From positions 1,116,001 through 1,180,000 of the forward strand of contig MU058213.1 in NCBI GenBank assembly GCA_013265495.1: a stretch of DNA of 64,000 nt. The letters are read 5' to 3'. The notes under the pieces are model-generated. The model saw only the letters and a list, made by a program, of their open reading frames with translations. It was not told where the DNA came from and searched no databases. This DNA comes from Vicugna vicugna (taxonomy: Eukaryota). Numbering within the stretch: the first letter of the stretch is position 1; each line of letters starts with the position of its first letter. Shown piece by piece: positions 27,501 through 40,523 of this stretch. Made by a program: the position numbers and the translations under genes.

Positions 27501-30500
27501 TCTTCTAAAACAGTAGGTAGGATTAAATGTGCTATGAAATTAATTTAAGGGATTGGGACCCTCATTTTCTTTTTAAATAAAACAGGAAAAAGACAAGATC
27601 AGTCACCATTGCATCAGCAACATTGAGTAATGACTTTTGTTTGGGAGGAGGGACTGTTAAGGCAGCAACTGCAACTATCTTTGTAACTGTGGGCAGTCAA
27701 AAAAATTTTAAACTCACTGCTCCATATGATACTGCCCCTTAGCTACCACCACCCCTCTTTAATTTTCTCAAGTAGTTGTTTGGTTCTGCCTTACCACATT
27801 CAACCAACATGGGCTGTGGAAGCACATATTGAAGGCTGATATTAAGTTTTACCTAATTTGAGGAAGCAGCAGTTGCTACAGATACACAACCAGAACGTAT
27901 GAATTCTATAACTGCTTAATATACCTTTTGTGTAGAGGGAGACAGTAGTTTTCTTTCTCTTCACACAAATGCTATAGTCAATCTATCAAAACTCTCCATT
28001 TTCAACACATTTTCAGTTTACACAGTCATTTCATCCAGCAAGCCAGTGCCAAGTACTTACACTTTTGAGTACCTCAATAGTACCACAGCTTTTAGACCAG
28101 GACGGACTTAGCCGCATTGCCAAGGGGGGAAAATCTACAAGGCTTCATGAACTGAGCACCTCAACTGCAACATGCACTTACTGAAAATAAATTTCCATTT
28201 CTCATTCTTGAAAACAAAACACACACACACACCCCTATATTCAAACCGAAAATATCTGAGACCACCACAAACAGAAAATGGTAGTAGAATGTCAAAGTTC
28301 TAGAAGCCTGTGCAGCCCCTCTGATACGCCCTACCTCTGGGCCAGTTCCCCTACTCTTCACCTGTGCTTTTTGCAAAACAGCACAGGGTAATTTTTGTCC
28401 AATCCTGACTTGTCTGCTGACTCAGGAAAAAAAAGTCAGGAAAGGAAAGGCTACATTTGACCACAGATTCCAGAGGGCAGGGATCGTGTTAGTTCTTGCT
28501 CATCGCTGTATTTCCAGCACATATTTGTCAGGCACAGAGAAGGTGCTCAACAAGTATTTGTTTCAGAAGAGAAGGGAAGGAATCCAACTGCCCGAAGTTT
28601 TACTCTATTTAACAGTAAATTCTAAAAATGATGTCATTTTACCCATATAAGATGTAATCACTAATTTAATATTTACCACAGAAGGCACTGTTCAGAAAAA
28701 ATCAGACAACTTTGAATAAAAAAACATTTTGTTAAAATATGTGAGTTTGGGTGGAAACATCTTAGAAATCAAGGACTTCTGACACAAAGTCCAAGTGTTT
28801 TGTATAAAATCAAAGCAAGCATTCCACGTTGTGAATCCCTTGATTTAGTACAAAAGTCTACACAAACTATAAAATATTAGATGCGATAGCCTACAGAACA
28901 TAGCTGGGGCAAACTGTCTACCTCAAGCTATATTTAAGCTATCTAAAGACAGAATAAAACACAAGTTAATAGAAGACACAATTTTGAGCATACTAGCAGA
29001 ACAGCAAAATGGCTAATAACTAGGGTGAACATAAAAATCTTTGTCCAAACGATGATACATTTAGAGTGAAAGGAGACAACTGTGAAAAAGGATTGGACAT
29101 AGGCATAAAGCAGGACCAGCCCACGTAGCATTTATTCCATCCTATCCCCCAAGAAAATCTGAACTTCATGGTTAAAACAGACCTATAAAATGGTTAACCC
29201 AAATTACTTTAATTTTTCAAATGTAAAATTTTTATTCTATGAAACTCACTGATCTGACTCAAAATATAAAATACATATTTTATGTCTGAAATAGTTAACA
29301 ACTGTGTGTCAAGTTTTCCAAATGTCCTTTAAAAAAAGTTACCATATGCCACTCACCACATCCTAGCTTACTCTTGTCTAAAGGGAAGGGAAAGATCAAA
29401 TCCTCACCCACAAAGCACTGACAGTGATTAAGCATGCACTCGGAACTTACATGTTTTTTCAAGCATCTAATAAATGCCAGCTCCACACCAAGCACCATAA
29501 CAGGTGTGAGGGATACTGCAGGGAAGAAGTCAGATGCTGTCTTGCCCTTGGAGAACAAATACTCTAGTGAAAGAGGCAGTCTAAAATGAGCAAGCCAGGG
29601 AAGACCAGATTGTGGTATGTGGCCTCGTCTTCTTTCTTTTCCTAGAGCATGTCAGGATCTTTCTAAATTTAGGAACTTTGCATATACTACCTTCTTGGCC
29701 TAGAATTTTCTTCCCCTTACTCCTTACACAGCTGGCTCCTTCTTGTTCTCACCTCGCTTCTCAGAGAGGTCTTAGCTAATCATCCCAACCAAAGGGGTGT
29801 TCTCCCTGCCACCCAAGTTGTCATCCTCTTAACCTTTATGTTTCCTTCAGAGCTCTTAGAAAATGTACTTATCTTACCAGTTGAAGAAATGTTTATTTAT
29901 TAACAATAATAGGCAACATTTATTGACAATTTTTTCAGAATCAAACATTACTCTAAGCACTTTACATGAATTATCTCATTTAATCATTATGGCAGCCCTT
30001 TATGTACGTACTATTACTAGCCCTGTTTTTCCCATGACAAAACTAAAGACAGATTTCCTCTAAGTTTCTTAATAATAAGCTTACACTATTTCTTGATTTT
30101 TAAATTTTAGACATTCTAATTTCTTTATATTCCTTTCTCTTTTTAGCATCCTAGTTTCAAAGATGAAATGTTTTTCACTTTAAGTCTCTTTATTACCACT
30201 TAAATTTTTTTAAGTGTATATATATTATTTGGAGAAGAATATTAAAATATAACCAACTAGCCTTTGTTTTCTCAAGTTCCTTGAGGAAGCCTGGATGATC
30301 GTGGTGTCATTTTTGGCACCAGAACCCAGAGGCAATTGTGCTCTTGCTAGAGGTACTGTAGTAAGTAAAGTTCTACTTTTGTAGTTAGACAGGTTACTTC
30401 TTTTTCTCTGGGCCTTGTGCTTCCTCAACTGTAAAACTGAAAGAGACTCACATTAATAACCTTTCCAACTCTGATTTCTAGCAATAGCATAACTTTCATT

Positions 30501-31999
30501 GTTAGTCATTCAGAGTCCCCTGGCAGATACCTGAACTCTGCAACATGAGCTACAAGAAAAAGCACAGGCCAGGGTTGTTCTATGCTGGACTACAGAAATA
30601 TGCCTCCAGGGCCAGAATTCCATCAACACAATAATGATTAAGATTTGAATATACTTCCTGAAAGGCATAGGTACGTTCCTTTCCCCAACTTCTGAAGAGT
30701 ATACCGACTTAAGAAGAATACACATGCCCAGAAGAAGTTTTTAAGAAAGGAGTTATGAATGATGGAATTTAAGATTTTCTGCTATGCTCTTGCTACTTAC
30801 TACAAAACAATGCTGATCAAACCCCTGCTATGGCACCCAATTTTTTTTTTTTTTTTGAAGCTTTGGTGTGAAAAATGTTCTGGTTTGGGTAGGGGAAAAG
30901 ACACAGGTCCATTCTCTCCTTAACACAGCTAGAAAAGCTTATCAGTTTTGTGGGGATTTCCTTACTCCTACAGCTTATAGGAGGTACAAGGGCTTTTAAT
31001 CCTATAGATTATTAAATTTCTGCCAGCAATTATCTGGAATGAGAGAAGGAATCTCCAGCTTCATCCTGTTTTCCTCCTTATTTGTTCTAACACCCAGCTA
31101 CTTTAAAATAAATAGTGCAGTTTACTACTCTGACCAAAGAGTATCATAAAACAATAGCCATGGTATTGTGAGTATTGTGTGCCACGTTAATATTCCCAAG
31201 AATTTTCATAAAAGGAAACACTAATCCCTCTTATATTACAAAGAATGGTGGTGAAGGGAAGAGATGGAAAAGAAAATAAGGGTGACAACAGTAGAGATGA
31301 ATGTCAGGTAATTTTTATAATAACAGGTCATAACGTAATTTTGAGGGCTAAAAAATTGATTTTAAGACAGTCAGATATTCAATAATAGCTCTGTACTGGT
31401 TTATAATGAAATAATAGAAATACACTGCCAAATTGTTCTTCCAAAAGTTCTCGTTAATCATACCAAACTACTAAATAGTGCCCCACTATCAAATGAATGA
31501 ATCTCAAAGTCCTTAGCTTAATACCCAAAACCCTAATCACCCTCATTCCTAAGTAATCCCTCCAATTCACATGTCTACCTGCCATCCCTTGAACATCATA
31601 ATTGCTCATAATGTCCTCTCTTCCAATTCTCCCCCTCTCAATCTTTGTAAATGTCCATCTATCCAAATCATACCATCTTTTAAGGCTCAATATAGCTGTT
31701 GTTTCTGCCAAAAGACAGGTTCTGCCCTGAAATTAATCACCCCAGCTGAAATTAATCATTCCCTATGAACTGATAAGAGACATTTTTACCATTTTTTTGG
31801 TTATCAAATACGTTTGTGTAGTTATCTCATTTGATTCTCCCAATAACCTTGAAGTAGGCGTAAAATCCCCATTTAGAAATAAAAACTGACACTATAGAGT
31901 TAGTTCTCAAAGTTACAAAATTAACAAATCACAAAAAAAACACAAAAATTTCCCAGTAGTAAGTTTTATGCCACACCACAAAGATATCAAAATGCATGC

Positions 32000-32470
32000 A
32001 AGCATTCATTCCATGATAAATATTTATTGAGCAGCTAATAAATGCCAGGCACCAGTCCACATATGGGGAAACACAGCAGTGAACAAACTCCACTAAGTCC
32101 CTGCCCTCATGAAGTTTACATTCCTAGTGGGAGAAAAACAAAAAAGGAAATAAGTAACACAGAACATCAGGTCAAGCAGTGATAAGGACTATGAAAAAGA
32201 ATAATGCACGTTAAGAGAGAATAAAAAAGCTGTACTCTTTTGACAGAATGATCAGGGAAGGCTTCACTGAGGAGGTGACAATTGAATAGAAAGTCAAATG
32301 TAGTAAAAGAGTCATAAGACTTGTATTCCAAAAAGGAACAGTAAATGTCAAATCCCCATGGTGTCAGTATGCATGTAGTCACTGAAGAACAGCAAGATCG
32401 ATGTGCCTTGAGTACAGGGAAACTTAGAAAAGCACGAAGAAACGAGGTCAGAGAGGAAGCATGAGGCTTC
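32000..32470 (-). mobile_element. L2 LINE 3' region
   Basis: CATTCATTCC...ATTTATTGAGCAGCTAATAAATGCCAGGCAC...CCCTGCCCTCATGAAGTTTACATTC...CAGGGAAGGCTTCACTGAGGAGGTGACA. Confidence 0.85.
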
Positions 32471-32979
32471 AGGATTAAAAATCTAATTCTTTCCAATTCA
32501 GATATTACTCAAAGTAAAATTCAAAATATAATTCTTTTTCAATTGAAAAAGTCTTGAATTTCACCAATACTCATTTTCCTCCAAAATCTACTTAGTCCAA
32601 GTAATGTTTTTTTTAAAAAAGCTAAATAAAATAAGAAAAAATCCACTAAAATCCTGATTAACTGTCCTATTTACATGACCTATTTTTTTTCCCCCAAAAA
32701 ACCAATCATTTTACTCACCTTTACCTTTACATATCCTTTTGGTGTACTCTAAACTCTTTCTAAATGTTGGCCAACATCAAGGGTCTAACTCCTTTTCTAT
32801 AACAGAAAGCAACTGACTTCCTCAAAAGGTAGTATGACTAAAGACAATACCAGGACAACGAGAGAAACATGAATATAAACAGTGTATTAGATATTAGCAT
32901 TGTGTTACTGCTAGATTCCTTGGGTGTGATAACTGTATTGCAGGTATATGGGAGAATGTTCTTATTTTTAGACGATACA

Positions 32980-33165
32980 CAGAGGTATAACGGTAAATGT
33001 TTAACAACTGGCTCTGCAGAGGGAAAAAAAGCCTTGGTTTGTAGCACTGCCAGTTTCTATGGTGTAAATATTGCCACCGTTGCTGACTTCAAGCAACCAA
33101 CTTGATGCAGAGTTGGAAAGAAATGTGGACAATCAGCTTTCACATGCTGTTACCAGCCAGTTCCA
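32980..33165. mobile_element. MER63-like hAT-Blackjack element inside an old L1 3' fragment (~32840-33360)
   Basis: GGTAAATGTTTAACAACTGGCTCT...GGTGTAAATATTGCCACC...CAGAGTTGGAAAGAAATG. Confidence 0.7.
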
Positions 33166-35554
33166 TGTTGAAGTACACAGAGCTGAAGTGTCCTGATGTC
33201 TGCCACTTACTCTCAAGTTATTAAAACAAAAAAGTCCCTATGTCTGCCTGTCTACCTAATCTACCTCTGAAGAAAGATAAAACAAAAGTGGTAAAATGTT
33301 CACAATCTATGAAAAGGTATTTAGATGTTAATTGCATGATTCCAACTTCTCCTGTGGGTTTGAAACTATAAACAACTAGATGTAAACTATATTATAGAGC
33401 AAGCAATAGAGGGAAGTTTAAAGAAATCCTATGGCCAATTCTTTTGTATATCAAAAAAAATTTTGTATGTCAAAATTTTGTGAAGTTTATCAAATACAAT
33501 ATAGAGCTTTAACCTGAAGTTCTTAAAATCAAAACATTTTTATAAAGCAATTTGCCAAATTAAGTGCTAAAATTTCATATACTCTTACTGTTATAAATAA
33601 ATGACCCACTAGATAATGAAGCAAACCATGATATCTCCTCACAAAAGAAAACGGCTGATTTGGTTTTAAAATATAAAAGAATTCTCTAGATGTCAAGATA
33701 AAGTTTTATAAATGGCCTGATTTCAGCTATTGTTACCAAATTTTAAGTCCATTCAAGAATATGTAAGTTTAATAAGTAGGAAAATTAAAAAATGGAAACT
33801 ATGTTAATTAAAAATGTTAATTCCTAACTATAAATGAGTTGTGCTCTCAAAAAGGGTAAGTTTTAAAGTCCAAATAATGGTCATACTTTGAATAAATATT
33901 ATTATTTATAAAAACATAAGTTATGACTAGATTCCCAGGCTAGCCTACCAAAGGTTTCTTAACCTATAACATTAGGCCATTACTTGCAGTATCATGGAAC
34001 AAGTCTAAATTCTAGGTCACAGAAGCAGAAGGGCCATGCTCCAAGCCTGAATCAATCCTGGGTAATTTCTGAAATAAAGAAAAAAGCAATTTGGGGCACC
34101 ATCTGACCATTCTAATACTTTTCCACTAACCTCTTTCTGTGTCCACCCCCATCCCAGTCTCTCTGCCCTAATGCTGCTCTAAATGCTTATTATGGTGTAT
34201 GATCACCCAGAAATAGGTAGTGTGCTCCAATTACCTACTTTCCCTCTCCCATTGCATGCATTACAGATGTGTAGTTAAATATTGGTTTTGAGTTCCTCTA
34301 GTTGCTTATTCCAGAATACAAGGTTCAGAGTGACAAACAATAAGGGTCCATTGATCTCGTATGCCTGTTATCACTAGCTTTCACAACAGAGCACTGAAAC
34401 ACTCATTTTCTCAGTGCAACTGACCCAAGTCCTTGGAAGTAAAACTTACCGATCTTGTATCAGGCACGTGCTGGGTGCTGAATCAGAGGTTCTCAGTTCA
34501 TCATTCCCGCAATCCTTAAGGTTGACAGTATCAGAACGAAAAGAACTGACGTTCTGATAGGTTACGTAATTTGCTCAAGGTTATTTGGCTGATAAATGCT
34601 GAAGTTAGAATTTCTAAGTTTGACCCTAAGGGTCTTAACTCTTGCTAAAAAGGACCCATCTGAGCTAATTTTATAACAAAATATGGCCATCATTTCAATA
34701 TTCCTAAAAAATGTATAATTAAATATACATTTATTAATCTAAATGGATCTCTGGTTGGTATAATTTCAAGCAGGATAACAAGGGGAAACTTTAAAAACAG
34801 TAAAAACCAGACACTGTGAATGGCTGTTTTTAGACAGAGTGACCCCAACTAAGATATGCTTGGGCACACCTGGCCCTTTGCTCATCTATACAGATGATCC
34901 TGTCCATAGGGTAAACCGGTCAACATATATAGCACTTCACACCTTATAAAGTTCTTCAACACATTATCTTACCTGAAGCTTAGAGGCAACACTTTGAACC
35001 CAGTACATTTTAAAGATGAGAAAACAGGTTTGGAACTTGATCCAAATCATAGAACCTGTAAGTAACAAAATGGGTCCCAAATCTAAACTCTAAATCTTTT
35101 GAGTCTTTATCCTACTTGTACTCATAAATCTGAAGTTCTCCAACCAATTTAATCTCTCTCTCTTTCAAAGAAATAGCAACAGGAACAAATTCAGCACAGT
35201 GGATGGAGAGCAGAGAGCTACCAGCAAATGTCTGTACGGATCATTTGTTAACCAGATGTATACAAACTGGGAACCACTCCTACCAAACAGCGTTTGCCCA
35301 CTCTTTGGTTATTTTATTTCAATTCAGTGAGACTTAATCAATTTTAAGATACAAGCTTCCTTTAAGTTATTGGCAAGTATATTTTAAATCTATTTTTTAA
35401 AATTAGGTATAAAGTTGTGATAACAGCCAAAAAGTCAATAATTCAAAGAAATACCTAAAGTGGGAGAATTTTCAGCTGGTGCTAGTAAAACAACCAATGA
35501 TTACTAATCATCTGCTTCTATTTCCATTTGCTCTATAAATTTTGAGATATACTA

Positions 35555-36030
35555 GTGATTCATTCTTTCAACAAATACATATTAAGCACCTCCTATGCAC
35601 CTACCATGTATGAGGCTGTCTGCTAGGTGATGGTAATACAGCTGTGAACAAGAGACAAGGTTCCTGGCCTCATGGAACTTAAAATCTAGTTGTGGAGACA
35701 GACAACAAACAAAGACAAAAATTACAAACTGTGGAAAATGCTATGAAGGAAACAGACAGCTGAGACACAGAACAAAAGAGAACAATAACTTAATAAATAA
35801 TAATACCAGCTAACATTAATTGAGCACTTCAGATACAGTAGTCAGAGACAGCCTTTTTGAAAAGTGACATTTAAGCCAAGATCAGAAGGTTGACAAGGAG
35901 CTACCCATGTAATGACAGGGGAGAAAGGCTTTTCAGGCAGAGGAAATAGTGCACACAGGGCCCTGAATGGCAATCGAAAACTTAAAAGTTGGCCAATGGG
36001 ACTGAGCATAGTGAACAAGGGGAAGAAATG
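35555..36030 (-). mobile_element. L2 LINE 3' region
   Basis: ATTCATTCTTTCAACAAATAC...CCTGGCCTCATGGAACTTAAAATCTAG...GTGACATTTAAGCCAAGATC. Confidence 0.8.
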
Positions 36031-36944
36031 CAAACGGCCTTACTATAATTTCACTGGATGAGTTTCTTTTACAGGAAAAGGAAAATATGAGAAATCTCAA
36101 CTTACGTTATTGCTAGGTCTGTCTTTAGTATTACACATAGATTACTGTCTAGTATTTTGACTAGCTACTGGCATTTGTATCCAGTCCATCCTGTTTCAGT
36201 TTAATAAGAAAGTCTGACATAATCAACATCAGATTTTTCACCCATTTGAGCAAAGACAGAATTAACTATTGACAAATTGACTTTGGTTTACCTACTGAGA
36301 AAGTAGTACTGTTTCTTGGTACTGTAATTTTTCTTTTTCATTAAAAAAGTCAGTATAAAGTTAGACTTTTTAATTTAATAGTCCCTCAGTTTTTAAAACC
36401 CTCAAGTTCAAATGGGGGAAAAATATTACCATAACTGGATACAAAGTTGAGAAGGGCAAAAGAATAAATGAACATAAATATTCCTCATTTAACAGCTAAT
36501 TTTTTTCTATACTTGTCATAATGCAGAATGCTCAGGCCCCATGGATTTCTCCACTTTTTGTAAAGGAAATCAGCCTGTGAGTCACTCTCCCTATGTACAC
36601 ATTAGTCTCTCAATTCTGCTTTCCAATTATCTTTTTCTCCCAAGTAATGACAGTGTTCCGTCCACTGAATCATTTCCTTCTAACTGGATGACAGGCAAAA
36701 ACATAGGGAACTTCTATTTCAATCCCTGTAGTATCTGAATCTCAGAAGTTGTATCGAGCCAACAATTATTTGACAGCTACTAATGTGTCAAGATCCGTCA
36801 ATGTAAATGGATGAAAGGCCAACAGCAGTCATTTTCTGACTTGAGATCACAGTGACTATACCAAACATGTATAGCTGAATTAGACCCTTTCTTCTGTCCT
36901 CCCCACTTTCCCAGAATGACTGACTTCTTAATTAGAATATATCC

Positions 36945-37150
36945 AACAGTAACAAGAGCAGTTCACATCTGAATGTTTACTATGTGCCAGCCATAGTTCT
37001 AAACATATTACATACACTAACTTATTTAATCCTCAGAATAACTCTAAGGCAAGGTACTATTGCTTTCCCCACTGTAAACTTTAAAAAGGTAAGGCACAAA
37101 GAAGATAAATACTTTTCCAAGATCACAACACTTAGCAAATCTGTTTGTCA
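36945..37150 (-). mobile_element. MIR SINE
   Basis: TTACTATGTGCCAG...ATTTAATCCTCAGAATAACTCTAAGG...CCAAGATCACAC. Confidence 0.8.
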
Positions 37151-37282
37151 GGTTCCTCAAGCTTATTTTTAAACCAAATGGGTCCCAAAATCTTATAATA
37201 TTTTAATATAACTTACTCCTACCAGTCAGAGGGTTGAGAGCATGTATTCAAGCTTATTTACTTCAAGTCTGGGCGAGCTCCC

Positions 37283-37471
37283 TTTTTTAAAAATTTATTT
37301 TTATTGAGGCATAGTCAGTTTATGATGTTGTGTCAATTTCTGGTGTACAGCACAGTGCTTCAGTCATACAAGAACATACATACATTCATTTTTCATACTC
37401 TCTTTCACCATAAGTTACTACTAGATATTGAATATAGATCCCTGTGCTATACAGTATAAATTTGTTGTTTA
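37283..37471 (-). mobile_element. Short artiodactyl-type L1 3' end inserted into a plus-strand MIR (~37230-37670)
   Basis: T-rich tail, TTTCTGGTGTACAGC...CCCTGTGCTATACAGTA, and a degenerate TSD TCTGGGCGAGCTC / TCTGGGCTAGCCC. Confidence 0.85.
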
Positions 37472-38008
37472 TCTGGGCTAGCCCTCTTATTAGCTGTGTA
37501 ACCTTGGGTAAGTTACCAAACTTCTTTCTGTGACTCAGTTTCATTTATCTATAAAATGGGGATGACAGTAGCATCTAATTCCTTGAACAACTGTAAGGAT
37601 TACATGATTTATATGTATAAACTTCTTGGAACAATGCCTGGCACATAGTATGTAGAAGAGTCAGTTGTTATTAGTAATAGTACCATCACCACCTCCACCT
37701 GGGGAATTTAGCAAAAGGTTGCTCTATTTAATCAAGTCAACATTTCTTTTCCTCCAACATCTGTCATTTCTACTGTTTGATTTACACTGGCTAACAATGA
37801 ACTATTCTTAGCAAGTAAGCAATGCATCTAACTAACTCCTTTGCTATTTTTCTCTAGTCCTTACTACTTCTTTCCTCATATTTCAGTTGCCCAGGAATAA
37901 AAAAATTGTTTGTGGTTAAAATGGTTTGCATTACATTCTTGGAAAGTTCATAAGCCACTGCAATACTAAGGCTAAAGCCTAAATTTGTAATATAATAAAA
38001 ACGGGGAG

Positions 38009-38373
38009 TGCCTTAGTCCATTCAGTCTGCTATAACAAAATACCATAAACTAAATGGCTTATAAACAACAGAAATTTATTACTCACAGGTATGGAGACTG
38101 GAAAGTCCAAGACCAAGGCCCTAGCAGATATGGGTGTCTGGTGAGGACCAGCTTCCTCATCAGACAGCTGTCCTTTCATTATAACCTCAGATGGTGGAAA
38201 AGGTGAGGGAGCTTTCTTGGGTCTCTTTCATAAAGGCACTGCTGCCATCCACGAAGTCTTTACCCTTATGACCTAGTCACCTATCAAAAGCTCCACCTCC
38301 TGCTACCATCAGCTTGGGGCTTAGGATTTCAACATCTGGATTTGGGGGACACAAAAATATTCAATCCACAGCA
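38009..38373 (-). mobile_element. MaLR solo LTR (MLT1A-like)
   Basis: TG...CA ends. CTGCTATAACAAAATACCATAAACT...GGCTTATAAACAACAGAAATTTATT...TTTGGGGGACAC. Confidence 0.88.
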
Positions 38374-39800
38374 GAGGGAAAAAACTAAGACAGTATTCCT
38401 CTGAGTTTTAGCCTCAAAAAAATCAAATTGTTCGGTATTTTATTTGTGGAACAGGTTTTACACTAACAGTTTTTACTTAAGAATCATAAATGACCTACAA
38501 TATGTGTTCAAATATGAATTGAAATACTGTAGTTTAAATTATTAATGTATTGATGATTTACTAGATGTTATAGGCCTTAATCTTTCCTAACAGTTGATAA
38601 GCTCAGATAACATTCTTAGAAATGTTTGGTGAATAAACTGTTTCTATCCAAACCACAAAGCATAGCAAATTGACATTTAACTTTTAAATTAAAAAGATTT
38701 TGGTTCTACTTAAATTGTTGTATAATACCATGAACTTAGGACTTCTGAAACCTTTGGGACTTTTGAAATCAAAACATAAGCTTATATTCTATTATTCTGA
38801 AAAATATTTTTATAGGAGAAAAACATCATGCATTCAAAAATATGCAAAATTAGAAACACATTTATAACACAAATAAATATTAACTGTTAAAAACATAAAA
38901 TGTTTCAATTGCTTCTATGCAAAGACCTTACTTTAGACCTCTCTTTAAACACTGGACATTCAATAAGTAGGATCAGATCCAAACTTTACATACTTGAGTA
39001 TAAGATGGAGTAACCATTATTTAACCTCCATTGCTGCCCAGCTCTAGTCAGCATTTAACACCATTTAAAAATATATTCCCAGGAATCTTAGTCTACCCAT
39101 GCCCCTCCTACATATAGCAATTGAGATACAATTGTAGTAACAAATGACAGTTGGCACAACATTGTAAAATGATTATAACTCAATAAAAAAGTTTTAGAAA
39201 AAGACAGAGAAATAAATTACAGGTATGTCAAGTATCCTTTTGTAGCTTTTATATTTTCTCAGATAACTATATATTAAAAGCCTGTTAAATATGCTTGAGC
39301 CTTAGCAGGTTGAACACTATGAATACAAAACAAAACAAGATACTATTAGGTTATTGCACATTTGATTATTTCCTTATCTATATGAACATATTTTATAACT
39401 GACCAACTTATAAGCACCTGTAATGTCTTGTTTAACATGATAATCATTTATTTAAAGCCTACTAAATGCTAGCCAGTGTCATTCTAACAAGTATGAGAAG
39501 TTGGAATTATCCCCATCTTACAAAGAACCTGAGACTCCCAGGGACTAAATAATTTAATGAAGATAACACAGCCAGCAAGTAATGGAACAAAGATACAAAT
39601 ACAGGTCTGATTCCAAAACCTGTGCTAATGATTAAAGACTCATCTTTGGCAGCATTGCCCAAGTAATGTTAAATAACTCGTTAAACATTTTTTTTAAAAC
39701 AAAAAAAGAAGAAAAGATTTACCTCAGACTGACAAAATTCTATTAACTTGGGAAATGTAGCCACTGTGCTATCCAGTAACATCTTAATTATCTTAAAGTC

Positions 39801-40523
39801 CAGTAGAAGCTCTCCTACCTGACTTTCACTTAACCAACTAGCAAGACTGTCCAGTGTTTTCCATATCTTCCATAAAAGCAAAGTGACAGACACTAGCAGC
39901 TAATGTTACTTTCTAGTTGCTTGCATACTTCTGCCCCTACTAGTTGAGCTGTATGCTTAACTAGTATCTGGTGTTTGTTCCCAAACCTGCTTATGACCCT
40001 CTATAATAAATAACTTACTTAAATACTATATAAACCAATGAAATGAATGCAAAAAGGTTATTTCTGTGAAAACTATGTTGAATGCTTTGGAAAGAGCATA
40101 TTTTGATGAACATAATTTTGATGAACACATATTCTCTCTCCCCCTAAAACAAATTCCTGTTGACTATGCAAGTATTCTTATAATTCTGGTGTACACAGAT
40201 ACCTATAAAATTGTGTGAAACATTACAAAAGAATTTAACATTGTTTATATGTAAAATATTTCCACCCTCAGATTTTTCTACAGTCTTATTCCACTTTAAA
40301 GAAATCAAAACTAGAAATTTTAGGTGGGCATTATTGGTGTGGTTTACACAAGAAAGAACATATCTAACTCTGAAAAACAGACCCTATTTCACCCTCAAAA
40401 AGGGCCTTGAGCCTAGATCAAAGGACACGTGAAATAATTAAGGCTGTTATTTTTTCTGATTCCTCACTTCAAGTAACCAACCAACTACCAGACGCAACCA
40501 TGTAGGATAAGAGGCTCTTACTG
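39801..40523 (+). mobile_element. Tigger (TcMar/pogo) DNA transposon remnant
   Basis: Degenerate terminal inverted repeats CAGTAGAAGCTCTC... and ...GAGGCTCTTACTG(TA). The internal translation ALLVWFTQER resembles the CENP-B-type HTH of pogo transposases. Confidence 0.7.
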
